In this document: positions 29,813 through 38,924 of the stretch, in pieces
Layout of the letters: each line of letters begins with the position of its first letter
Position numbering within the stretch: the stretch's first letter is position 1
Assembly: GCA_963790205.1 (NCBI GenBank)
Contig: CAWBNQ010000005.1
Span: 320,001 to 384,000 of the forward strand
Length of the DNA: 64,000 nt
DNA from: Nitrospirota bacterium
GTDB taxonomy: Bacteria; Nitrospirota; UBA9217
Reading direction: 5' to 3'
Made by a program: the position numbers and the translations under genes
Notes under the pieces: model-generated
Told to the model about the DNA's origin: nothing
Databases searched by the model: none
What the model saw: only the letters and a program-made list of their open reading frames with translations

Positions 29813-30043
29813 CCACCTTGTACGGCATGACGGCAAACACTGTTATTCGTTTGCAGTCTCTAGAGCCAGGCTCAAACCCACACTGCTCGCGGCTGTGATA
29901 CAGCAGGCTTCGACCACGCCCATGCCGCAGAAGAACGGCCACGTGGTCAAAAAAAATTCCTCAGATCTTGACACAAATCTGAGGAATTCGACCAGGTAAA
30001 ATCAATGACACCGGGGAAACGACACGTCACGTTCGGATCAGCA

Positions 30044-32257
30044 TCACGGCGTCACCAATATGCTGTCAGTATAGCGGGGTGAAATCTTGCCTGCCTGGTT
30101 TTTGTACCATACATACACATACTTGGTCCCTGTGGTAGTGGTATTCAGCGGGTAAGCGTTCACTTCGCTCGCGTATGGGACATAATCGCCGGGCGCGGGA
30201 ACGAGGCCTGTCTGGTTATACGCCATCGACTCGACCGGGTCGTTCGGATCAGCGGCAACGAGAGTAAGGGTGACGGGAGTAGCAGCGCCTGCGTTCTTTA
30301 CGGAAGCATCTCCGTTATTGATTTGAACGGACCCGAGGGGGGCCGAAGTGTCCTGGATCACCCAGACGGATACGGGATCGGTTACCGCTTTGGTGGTCGT
30401 GTCCATTAATTGAACATAGACGCCGCGCGCTCCGCTGCCCGCTGCGAACGTCAGTTTTTTCGAAACGCTCGCGCTGCTAAGCGGTCCCCAGGCAGTCCAG
30501 GTCGAGGCGGTAAGATACCGCGCCTGAATATTGGTACTGGAGCTCACCTCATAGGTAAGCGTTATCGTGGGACTGGTGATCAGGCTTGCCCCTCCGTTGA
30601 TATACATATTGCCGATCGTGTCCGCGAGCGGCCCCTGCCAGATCGCCCCGGTAGCCGAAACCGTGATGCCGGCAGTATAAACCGCGGACTTATTTCCATA
30701 ATCGTCCTTGAATTGCACGTAAACTGTTTTCGTACCCCCGCCGGAAAGGATCACGCTGTCGTCACCCGTGGCAAAAGGCTTCCATGCAGCGGCCGGGTCC
30801 GGATCGCCTGCGAAGGTTGCGCCGGTTTTTATCCGCATCTGGGCGTTGCTCATGTTGTTGTCGAACATGGCGAGATCGAGGTGAACGGCGGTGCCTCCCG
30901 CTCCGGTCTTGACCGTCGCTGTCCCGCCGTTGATTTTCACGTTGCCCGTGGGCTTGATGTTATCGAGGACGATGCCGGAATGGGCCGCGGGCGAGACCCT
31001 GCCCGCGTAATCCTTGACCTGCACAAAAACGTCTCGCTGGCCGTTGACGGTCCCCAGGGCTACGTTCATGGAATCGTTTTGCGGCAGGGTCTGCCAGGCC
31101 GACCAGGCGGAACCAAGGGAAGTGCGTATCTGAAGAGGGACGCCGGCATCGCTGACCGCTGCGGTCACGGCGGTATTGACGGTGTAAGAGGAGTTGCCGT
31201 TCAAAGCGAGACTGTTCACCGCGGGGGCCGCTGGGACAGGAAGCGTTCCAAAGGCCATGGTCCAGTTGCCGAATTCCGCCGCATTGTTATCATAGCTGGT
31301 ATATGCGCTTACCTGGCTGTAGCTGATGCGGAAATAACCTACCTCTCCCCAGCCCGACCCCCAGCTGTTCTTGACGATAAAACAGCTATGCGCATCGTCC
31401 CAGCCCACGATCAGGACGAAATGGTTGCCGTCATAATAGTTAACATTTTGTCCATAAATATTATACCTTGGCCCAGTATAGGAATAAACTCCGGAGGTAT
31501 ACCAATAAAAATCTTCATATACTTTAAACCAGGTTACCACAGGGCCCGAGGTGTAAATAGCATTTTTAATGGTGTTCACATCCGGTGAGGTGACGGTGGC
31601 ATAGCTCCAGCCGCTGATCTTGTAATCATCGGCCGGGTATTCACTGCACGTATACGGATAGTAGCAGTATCCATCGGTCTTCGTATAAGGATAGCAACCC
31701 TCACGTCCCGTGCCGGTGGACGTTAAGAAATTGGCAGCAGTACTTGCAGAGCCTCCGCTGGCGCAATCCCCGGCGCCGCTGCAGGAAAGCACGATCTGTT
31801 CCGAAAAATTGATATCCGTGCCCGGTTTATTAAAGTAGATCAGGGCCTTTGCTTCCATGGCGGCCACCGTGGCAAAGGTAAAGCAACTGCCGCAACTGCC
31901 CTGGTTTCGAACAGGTGTCACAAATTTCCCGCCGTTGTTACGCCAGTCGAAAGAAGCGGGAAGAGCAGTGCCGGTCCCGGGAGCAGCAGCGGCCTTGAAG
32001 CGGGGATCCGGTGTTGCGGTCAGATCTTTTGGACTGATCTTCGCTCCCAGTCTTCGTCTTCGCTCTTCGGCAGGCAATTGTGAAATTTCGTTTTCACCGG
32101 CCACCCATTGGGCGCCCTTGGTCTGTATGGCGGCTTGAACCTTTCCTAACTCAGCTTCATCCGCATAAAGGGTGACCGGCTGAAACGCGCCGATGAGAAC
32201 AATAGCAGCCGTCAACAGTACATAGGGGAACCGCACAAACTTTCCAGCAGTTTTCAT
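30044..32257 (-). CDS. Secreted papain-family (C1A) cysteine peptidase with repeated C-terminal beta domains
   Basis: LPASFDWR, QGSCGSC, NHFVLIVGW and KNSWG; repeated INGG...VYVQ units. Confidence 0.9.
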   Translation of the reverse strand: MKTAGKFVRFPYVLLTAAIVLIGAFQPVTLYADEAELGKVQAAIQTKGAQWVAGENEISQLPAEERRRRLGAKISPKDLTATPDPRFKAAAAPGTGTALPASFDWRNNGGKFVTPVRNQGSCGSCFTFATVAAMEAKALIYFNKPGTDINFSEQIVLSCSGAGDCASGGSASTAANFLTSTGTGREGCYPYTKTDGYCYYPYTCSEYPADDYKISGWSYATVTSPDVNTIKNAIYTSGPVVTWFKVYEDFYWYTSGVYSYTGPRYNIYGQNVNYYDGNHFVLIVGWDDAHSCFIVKNSWGSGWGEVGYFRISYSQVSAYTSYDNNAAEFGNWTMAFGTLPVPAAPAVNSLALNGNSSYTVNTAVTAAVSDAGVPLQIRTSLGSAWSAWQTLPQNDSMNVALGTVNGQRDVFVQVKDYAGRVSPAAHSGIVLDNIKPTGNVKINGGTATVKTGAGGTAVHLDLAMFDNNMSNAQMRIKTGATFAGDPDPAAAWKPFATGDDSVILSGGGTKTVYVQFKDDYGNKSAVYTAGITVSATGAIWQGPLADTIGNMYINGGASLITSPTITLTYEVSSSTNIQARYLTASTWTAWGPLSSASVSKKLTFAAGSGARGVYVQLMDTTTKAVTDPVSVWVIQDTSAPLGSVQINNGDASVKNAGAATPVTLTLVAADPNDPVESMAYNQTGLVPAPGDYVPYASEVNAYPLNTTTTGTKYVYVWYKNQAGKISPRYTDSILVTP

Positions 32258-32609
32258 AGATTACCCTCCTGATTTTGCTTCGCCCAACGAAACAATTTCT
32301 TTCATACAACATACAATAGTATTACCATTTTCAAATAATATTGTCAATAACTATAAATAGTGGTTGACAACGTTTGTTGAGACGTCTTGTCAGGCAGGTA
32401 TAGCACGATCAGGGGAAAGCTTTAGGGACATTGATGCGTGACGAGCACCGGGCCTATCCCGCCCGCCTTTCATCCTTCCCTCTCTGCTCAGGAGCAGGCT
32501 CTGCGGATATAGGGCTGATCTTCTGACGAGGCGGGAATACGATGAGCGCCGAACAGGCAAGGTTAAAATTTCAGGATTGCGGATTGATAATGAATGAATC
32601 AAATTTCGA

Positions 32610-33128
32610 TCATGGCTTGACTTGCTCAACAAATCTTCCCTGATATTTCGCATGACCGTCGCACTCTTCGAATATGAATTGGCAGATCCTGGTGCCGGGA
32701 TACAGGGCTAAGGGCGCGTGTCCTAAATTCACGATTTCCAGGACCTGATGGTTGGAGATGCCCGGATGCATGAATCCGGCTGTAACATGAACAGCCAGCC
32801 CAAAACGCGCGAACCTGCTTCTCCCTTCGAGCCGGCCGGATATATTATCGGCAAGGGTAATTTTTTCCTTCGTGATGCCCAATATCATCTCGCCCGGTTT
32901 TATGACGATGGAATCGCCGTTCTTAACGTGGACATTTTTCGTTATGTCCTGGAACAGAGAATCGTTTTTGACATGGTAGATCTTTGAACGTTTTTTAAAG
33001 ACCCTGAAATCATTGCCCAGGGTAAGATCGATTGAACCGGGCCCGATCTGCGATTTGTCGAGTGGTTCGATTTTGATCTTTTTATTTTTTAGAGCCTTCC
33101 CGATTTCTTTCCCGATCAGCACGCTCAT
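32610..33128 (-). CDS. dcd: dCTP deaminase
   Basis: SIDLTLG, GRSRFARFGL, TAGFMHPG, LEIVN, RICQ and KYQG motifs. Confidence 0.92.
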   Translation of the reverse strand: MSVLIGKEIGKALKNKKIKIEPLDKSQIGPGSIDLTLGNDFRVFKKRSKIYHVKNDSLFQDITKNVHVKNGDSIVIKPGEMILGITKEKITLADNISGRLEGRSRFARFGLAVHVTAGFMHPGISNHQVLEIVNLGHAPLALYPGTRICQFIFEECDGHAKYQGRFVEQVKP

Positions 33129-33193
33129 TGTTAGATGCCTTTCAATTCATTTTTTCCCGATGATTGGAATATTCTTCTCAAGAGTCTATAGAG

Positions 33194-34136
33194 CCTATAG
33201 GGTCACGTCTTGTTATTTGATATTTGTTCTTGAGCACTCACCAACCTGCTGACGGTTGCATAGTTCAATCTCAGATGATCCGCGAGCTCTCTCTGAAGAT
33301 ACCCATGGCGTTCTACCGCATCGGCTATGCGCCGGTCCCGCTTGCGCTTATTCCGTAAAATGTCTTCCGAAAACAGCTTTTCCAGGGCCGGCCTCTTCAG
33401 GTATTTTTGACTCCGGGTGATCTCGGACACCTCTTTATGCTTCCTGAGATGATCTATAAAGCGGTCTGCAAAATCTTCTTCTCCGAGTATCGTCTGGCCC
33501 CGCACGTCGGTCCAGACGGATTGTTTGCCGATCCCCCATTTGACGAACTGCCGGTATTCTTGCTCCGCCTTGCCCCGCTTCCCGCTGAATTGGCCCAATA
33601 CCCAGTCTGTGGTGAGGCACGGATGGGGCTTTGCTCTGCCCGCCGTAGCCAGGTAGCTGGACCAGCGATACTCCTCCGGCATCTCAACCATCTTGGCCCG
33701 CACAGGATTCAGGACCACATACCGGCAAACCTCAAGGAGATGGCTGTCCTTCTGGATGAGGATGGCTTTGTATCGTCCCTGGAACAGGTAACCGGTCCTG
33801 CCATGCCAATTGTTAAAGAGCTGCGTGTAGACGCCGTTCAGCTGTCTCATGCCGATGGATAGATTGCCGTCCGGGGTCTCGATGAGGAGGTGGTAATGGT
33901 TGGTCATGAGACAATAAGCGTGGCAGATCCAGTTGTAGCGTTTGCCGGCATGCTGGAGGGTATTGAGGAAGTTCAAGCGGTCCTGCTCGTCCTTGAAGAC
34001 GGGCTTCTTTTCGTTCCCGCGGGAGGTGACGTGGTAAACAGCACCGGGATACTCTATGCGAAGGGGACGGGCCATAATGCCGCGACGATATCACAGCGCA
34101 ACGCAATTGTCAAGTTACAAGACGTGACCCTATAGG
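33194..34136 (-). mobile_element. Y1/RAYT transposase unit bounded by perfect 20-bp inverted repeats
   Basis: CCTATAGGGTCACGTCTTGT at 33194-33213 and its reverse complement at 34117-34136. Confidence 0.8.
33203..34075 (-). CDS. REP-associated tyrosine (HUH/Y1) transposase with C-terminal HTH
   Basis: YHVTSRGN, MTNHYHLL, FQGRY, YVVLNPVRA and WSSY motifs. Confidence 0.92.
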   Translation of the reverse strand: MARPLRIEYPGAVYHVTSRGNEKKPVFKDEQDRLNFLNTLQHAGKRYNWICHAYCLMTNHYHLLIETPDGNLSIGMRQLNGVYTQLFNNWHGRTGYLFQGRYKAILIQKDSHLLEVCRYVVLNPVRAKMVEMPEEYRWSSYLATAGRAKPHPCLTTDWVLGQFSGKRGKAEQEYRQFVKWGIGKQSVWTDVRGQTILGEEDFADRFIDHLRKHKEVSEITRSQKYLKRPALEKLFSEDILRNKRKRDRRIADAVERHGYLQRELADHLRLNYATVSRLVSAQEQISNNKT

Positions 34137-34320
34137 TTCTTGACCCTATAGGTTCTAAGAGTATTGTTCGCTAGGTATCAACGTTATATATGGGTAGAGC
34201 ATGAGGTTAGATTTCCCCAATAAAGCTATAGAGAAAATCTTTATCAAGACTACCCAAAATAGAAACCTCCTGCTAAGAATTAGTTTATGACGGAACTAAA
34301 TTCAAGAACAGGAGGTTCCT

Positions 34321-35628
34321 ATGAACTATGTAAATGATATCAGACTTGAGCAGTTTCTTCAACTGAAGAAAGAGATTCGCGGCTCTGAGAAGCATTTGAT
34401 CGTCGGCATTGACGCGGCCAAGGAGAAGCACAATGCTTTTTTTGGTACGGCACGCGGAAAAACGCTGGTTAAGAATCTGGTCTTTGACAACACGCTTGAA
34501 GGCTTTCAAAAGCTGCTCGCATACGTCGAGCGAATCAAAGTTCAATTCAGCCTGACCACGGTGGTCTTCGGCATCGAGCCGACGGGTAACTATCACAAGC
34601 CCCTGGCTGAACATCTGATCAAGTGTGGGCACCTGGTCGTTCTCGTGGGAGGCGTCGCGGTCAAGAACAACCGGCAGCTTTTGGACGGCCGCTGGGACAA
34701 GCATGACGTCAAGGACGCGGCAAATGTCGCCGATCTCATAGCCCAGGGGAAGTGCCTGTTCTACGAGTATCCCCTGATGACGCTGCGGAACGTGCGTATC
34801 ATTATCGCACTCAAACGGCGCTTGAAGCGAAGGGAACACGGCATGAGCGTATGCATTCGCAATCACATCATAGCGCAGTATTTCCCGGAACTGGACCAAC
34901 ACTACGGCCCCTCGGAAGTCTTGGCGGTAGTGAGGGAATGCCTCGACCCCTCGGAGATTGCCGGCATGGAATACGATACCTTCTGCCGCACCGTCGCGCC
35001 GGGCAAGATGACGCTGGCAAAGGGCCGTCGGGTGGAAACGATCTGGAGGGCCGCGGTTGATTCCATCGGCTGCACGATGGGAGAAGCGGCATCTTTCGAA
35101 GCTCAAGTCATGGTGGACAGCCTGAAGCAGATCAGGCAGACCATCAAGTCGGTGGAAGAAAAGCTCGAAGATGCCTGCATGGAATTTCCGGAGTACACCT
35201 ACTTGCTGAGCATTCCGGGGTTCGGACCGGATGTCTCCTCAAAGGTGCTAGGGGCCATCGGCAATCCGCACCGGTTTACGAACGCAAAGCAGGTATTGAA
35301 AATGGCGGGACTCGACCTGTGCGCGGACCGAAGCGGCAAGAAGTCCAACAGCGCGATACCGGTCATCTCCAAGCAAGGCAAGGCCGATCTCCGCTACGGG
35401 CTCTATCAGGCGGCATTTATCGCCTCGCTCAAGAACAAGGACTTCATCGCCTACTTTACGAACAAGCTCAAGGGCCGGGCGAAGGAGAAAGGCATTGTCA
35501 CAAAGATGCGGGTCAAGCTGGCCGCGAAGCTCCTGATTATCGCCTGGACGCTGATGAAGAAGAAAGAATGCTTTGATCCAAAATACCTCAAACAGGTGGA
35601 TCAGGACGCGCAAAAAAAGGCGGCATGA
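34321..35628 (+). CDS. IS110-family DEDD recombinase/transposase
   Basis: GIDAAK, IEPTGNY and KHDVKDA RuvC residues; SIPGFG, RSG serine and SKQG..LR. Confidence 0.95.
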   Translation: MNYVNDIRLEQFLQLKKEIRGSEKHLIVGIDAAKEKHNAFFGTARGKTLVKNLVFDNTLEGFQKLLAYVERIKVQFSLTTVVFGIEPTGNYHKPLAEHLIKCGHLVVLVGGVAVKNNRQLLDGRWDKHDVKDAANVADLIAQGKCLFYEYPLMTLRNVRIIIALKRRLKRREHGMSVCIRNHIIAQYFPELDQHYGPSEVLAVVRECLDPSEIAGMEYDTFCRTVAPGKMTLAKGRRVETIWRAAVDSIGCTMGEAASFEAQVMVDSLKQIRQTIKSVEEKLEDACMEFPEYTYLLSIPGFGPDVSSKVLGAIGNPHRFTNAKQVLKMAGLDLCADRSGKKSNSAIPVISKQGKADLRYGLYQAAFIASLKNKDFIAYFTNKLKGRAKEKGIVTKMRVKLAAKLLIIAWTLMKKKECFDPKYLKQVDQDAQKKAA

Positions 35629-35652
35629 TCCGTGAATCATAAAAAAACGATT

Positions 35653-35833
35653 TCGGCGAGAGAGCCCGGGACACAACGTTGAGGCTAGACCTCGCTGGGG
35701 ACAATATAGGGCCTCTCGTTTGAACGATAGAATCTGGATAAGGTATTCTGGGCGGCCAAACTGAAAGCGCGGCACGCCGAATAGGTCATAACGATTAGAG
35801 TTATCGTTCGTCTGGATGCGAGAGCCTCGCCGA
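35653..35833 (+). ncRNA. Candidate bridge/seek RNA of the IS110
   Basis: Closing stem TCGGCGAG/CTCGCCGA; stem AGAGCCC/GGGCCTCT around an internal loop matching both IS ends and both flanks; second stem GAACGATA/TATCGTTC. Confidence 0.7.
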
Positions 35834-36081
35834 TAAAAGCGCTGACGGCAGGAATGCCGAAAAGAGAACTGCGTCCTCAGTTGATGCTGAAAATTACCCT
35901 ATTGAAACTTATGCAAAATTAAGAAGCTCTTGACAGAAGCAATATAGTATGTCCCCTATGTTCTTATTACGGCCTTCCAATAGTAATAATATTTAAGCTG
36001 TTCTCCGAGCCACTCGATTTTGACCATAATGGTCGCTTTTTTAGCCCGAATGGTGGTAGTAGAAAGGAAAGGCCCTCCCCC

Positions 36082-36915
36082 TTAATATCCGAGTGCTTTG
36101 ATGCATCCTTCCTGAACCCCGGAATCGCACGCGTTCCTGTAATCCGACATGGCATGCGTCTCATCGCCCAGTTTAAGATAGAGGTTCCCGCGATTTAAAT
36201 AAGCCGTTCCGATACTCCTGTTCAGTTGAAGTGTCTTATTGAAATCATCCAGCGCCCTGCCGTATTGACCAAGGAGGACGTATGTACAACCGCGGTCTTG
36301 ATACGCCCAAGGATCATCAGGATTCAGCGAAATGGCCTTATTGAAATCGTCTACGGACTTGTCAAGCAAGCCGACCTTGCCGTAATCGATTCCCCGCCTG
36401 ATATACGCATTATTCGCAAACGGTTTTAAAAGAATCGCCGTGGTGTAGTCCCCGATCGCCCTGTCAAACTCTCCCTTTTGGTCAAAAACGCGACCGCGAT
36501 TATTATAGGCCTCGTAATAAGAAGGCTTCAAGGCAATCGCCCGATCATAGTCTGAGATTGCCTTATCGAGCTGCCCCATTCTGTAAAAAATAAAACCTCT
36601 ATTATCGTATGAAGACGCATTCTCCGGGTCGATCGTTACTGCCGTCTGGAATTCCTCCAGGGACTCGCGCAGGAGCCCCGCGGCTAAATAAGCGTCTCCG
36701 AGGTTAAAATGAGGTCTGATCGCGTGGGGACTTTTTTTTACCATATCCTTCCAAAAACTTATATCATCCCTGTAAATATCGTTTCTCATGTTAGTCGCGA
36801 ATGAAAACAAAATTATAATCGCCGTGGCGAGCGCGCCCCCCGCACGAAACTTACGCCCGGGCACGGGAGGGCGGCACCCTCCCATTTGTGGTATTTCGTC
36901 ACTGTTCGTAAGCAT
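36082..36915 (-). CDS. TPR-repeat protein (TMTC-like C-terminal part)
   Basis: RNDIYRDDISFWKDMVKKSP...FNLG followed by multiple AYNNRG-type TPRs. Confidence 0.85.
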   Translation of the reverse strand: MLTNSDEIPQMGGCRPPVPGRKFRAGGALATAIIILFSFATNMRNDIYRDDISFWKDMVKKSPHAIRPHFNLGDAYLAAGLLRESLEEFQTAVTIDPENASSYDNRGFIFYRMGQLDKAISDYDRAIALKPSYYEAYNNRGRVFDQKGEFDRAIGDYTTAILLKPFANNAYIRRGIDYGKVGLLDKSVDDFNKAISLNPDDPWAYQDRGCTYVLLGQYGRALDDFNKTLQLNRSIGTAYLNRGNLYLKLGDETHAMSDYRNACDSGVQEGCIKALGY

Positions 36916-37100
36916 TCGGCCGTTCTGTTTTACTGATCTGCTGACTCTTAACTATAGCATCGCTCAATTTTTTTGCTTAAACTGTCGTTGGCATTGCATA
37001 GTCTGATAATCTAATTGAGCAATGATCATACCAGGCCACTCACAGCATCTGGACGAATATATGCTTGATGTCCTGAATTGTCAACCACAACAGTGATCCC

Positions 37101-38519
37101 TGTCAACCCAAAGTTAAAATGTCCTATTCTTACCAAAGCAAAAATGTCCGGTTTTATGATGTTGCCTGAATCTCTGTTCTTGCTTTGACCATTGCCCTTG
37201 CTGGGGACTTCCAAGGATGTGATGCAGACGGCTTCCATGATCTTAGGGGTTTTGATTTCTCGGCCGACTTCTTTCCCTGTATGGGTCGTGCGATGATTTC
37301 TTGATACTTCAGACTCTGGCCGTTATGGATTATGCGCATGGTTCCGTCGGTTCTCTTTTCCACCGTCACCTTCTTAGCTCGGATATTGCTCTTGATCTGG
37401 TAAAGCTTCTTGTTGTGGGCGATCGTAAAGTCGTTCCGTAATGCTCGGTCGGTCTTGATCGAGAGAATCGTGTCAAGCGCCCTCTTATTCGCGACGGGTC
37501 GATGAAAGTCAGCTTTCTGTGCCGCTTCCTTGGCGTACTTCCTGTTGAACTCGGGGAGATAGCCATCCAGGAACGTGTTGCCTTCCCCTCTATTCGTCAC
37601 CCCGGCCAGCCGCATCTCGTTGACGACCCGATCCTGAAAGGTTCCGAACAGCCGCTCGATGCGTCCTTTGGCCTGGGGGGAATAAGCATGGATGACCTCG
37701 ACGCCAAGCTCTGCCAGGCTCTTCTCGAAATGGCTCATCGGTCGAATGTCGTTTAGCTCCTCTTCGATGCTCTGCTTTGCCGTGGCCTTGTACGTTGAGT
37801 GCCTGTCCAGATAGACGCTCTGGGGCAGCCCGTAGAGCCTGATATAACGCTTGAAACCATCCATGGCCGGCAGTGTTCCCTCATACTCATAAAAACGGGC
37901 ATGCACGGTGCCGGTGGCATCATCCACGTAACCCATGAGAACACACCAGGGGCCGCGGCCCTCGAACCAGTCGTGATGGGACCCGTCCATCTGGATCATC
38001 TCACCCCGGTGGGCCTTTCGTTCGCGCCACTGACGGTGTGGTCTCTTCTTGCGACTCTTGTAGGGGATATGCTCCTCTTGAAACCATCCCCGGAGCGTCT
38101 CGTCGCTGACCTTGATCTTGTGAAACGTTACAAGCTTCTCGCTGGCATGGGTGGGACCGAATTTCTTGTATATGTCCCGGCAGAGCGTGACGGCCTTGTC
38201 CTTTATCTTGTCGCCAATCCGATTATGCGACCTCTTCCCTCGGGACTTGTGGCAAATGCCGGCCTCTCCCTCCAATCGGACGCTTCTGGCAATTCTTCTT
38301 ACCTGCCGATCCGTTAATCCGAGTATTTTTGCTGCCTGATCCTGAGTTATCGCTTTTTCTATCGCCTGCCGAATAACGTGAAGCCGGTTCACTTCCTTTT
38401 GACTCATTATGATCTTGTCCTCTTCCGCCATCTTGCCCTCCCGGTACGGTTGGGCATTGTAGCTTAGAATAGGACATTTTAACTTTGGCGAAATAGGACA
38501 TTATCACTTTGGGAGGACA
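37101..38519 (-). mobile_element. ISNCY/IS1202-like insertion sequence with 16-bp target duplication
   Basis: TGTC...GACA ends with repeated CCAAAGT.A.AATGTCCTATT sites; CCACAACAGTGATCCC at 37085-37100 and 38520-38535. Confidence 0.9.
37154..38431 (-). CDS. ISNCY (IS1202-like) DDE transposase
   Basis: QMDGSHHDWFE, VDDATG, YLDRHS and SPQAKGRIERLFGTFQDR motifs. Confidence 0.93.
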   Translation of the reverse strand: MAEEDKIIMSQKEVNRLHVIRQAIEKAITQDQAAKILGLTDRQVRRIARSVRLEGEAGICHKSRGKRSHNRIGDKIKDKAVTLCRDIYKKFGPTHASEKLVTFHKIKVSDETLRGWFQEEHIPYKSRKKRPHRQWRERKAHRGEMIQMDGSHHDWFEGRGPWCVLMGYVDDATGTVHARFYEYEGTLPAMDGFKRYIRLYGLPQSVYLDRHSTYKATAKQSIEEELNDIRPMSHFEKSLAELGVEVIHAYSPQAKGRIERLFGTFQDRVVNEMRLAGVTNRGEGNTFLDGYLPEFNRKYAKEAAQKADFHRPVANKRALDTILSIKTDRALRNDFTIAHNKKLYQIKSNIRAKKVTVEKRTDGTMRIIHNGQSLKYQEIIARPIQGKKSAEKSKPLRSWKPSASHPWKSPARAMVKARTEIQATS

Positions 38520-38527
38520 CCACAACA

Positions 38528-38845
38528 GTGATCCCTGCCATACGCGCCGTGGCTTCGTCGGGCGAAGTTTATCTCAGCCCGAAGATAACGGGCATCGTTC
38601 TGGGGGATATGATCAAGCACGCGGCCAAAAGCGAGAACATCGGGAGTACAAGCCTCACGTCGAGGGAACTCGCGGCCCTGCAGCTTTTTGCCGAGGGGAG
38701 AAACACGAAGGAGATCGCGTCCCTCCTCACGTGCAGTGTCAAATCGGCGGAATACTATCGAAAACAAATCATGAAAAAACTCTGCACCGACAATATCGCT
38801 GATCTTATAAAGTTCGTCATCCGTGAAGGATTGGTCCCGCTATAA
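38528..38845 (+). pseudogene. NarL/LuxR response regulator C-terminal remnant
   Basis: AIRAVA.GEVYLSP, LTSRE and EGRNTKEIA; receiver part missing at the IS junction. Confidence 0.75.
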
Positions 38846-38924
38846 GCGGCACTGCTCACCGGAAAACCATATCATAAAATCGGGATTTTCATCGTTTAGC
38901 ATCTGCGGGGCTAGCGCCTGAAAT

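Larger units (their letters stand above)
34175..35947 (+). mobile_element. IS110-family element with a TAG core at both junctions
   Basis: TAG at 34172-34174 and 35945-35947; boundaries inferred from matches to the 3' non-coding end. Confidence 0.75.

Noticed and set aside
34125..34156. Tandem repeat as a CRISPR array
   Set aside because: Only two adjacent 16-bp copies, no regular unique spacers and no cas genes
35930..35947. Circle-junction promoter from TTGACA at the IS110 right end
   Set aside because: With the TAG junction no good -10 hexamer falls at 16-18 bp spacing, so it is not claimed
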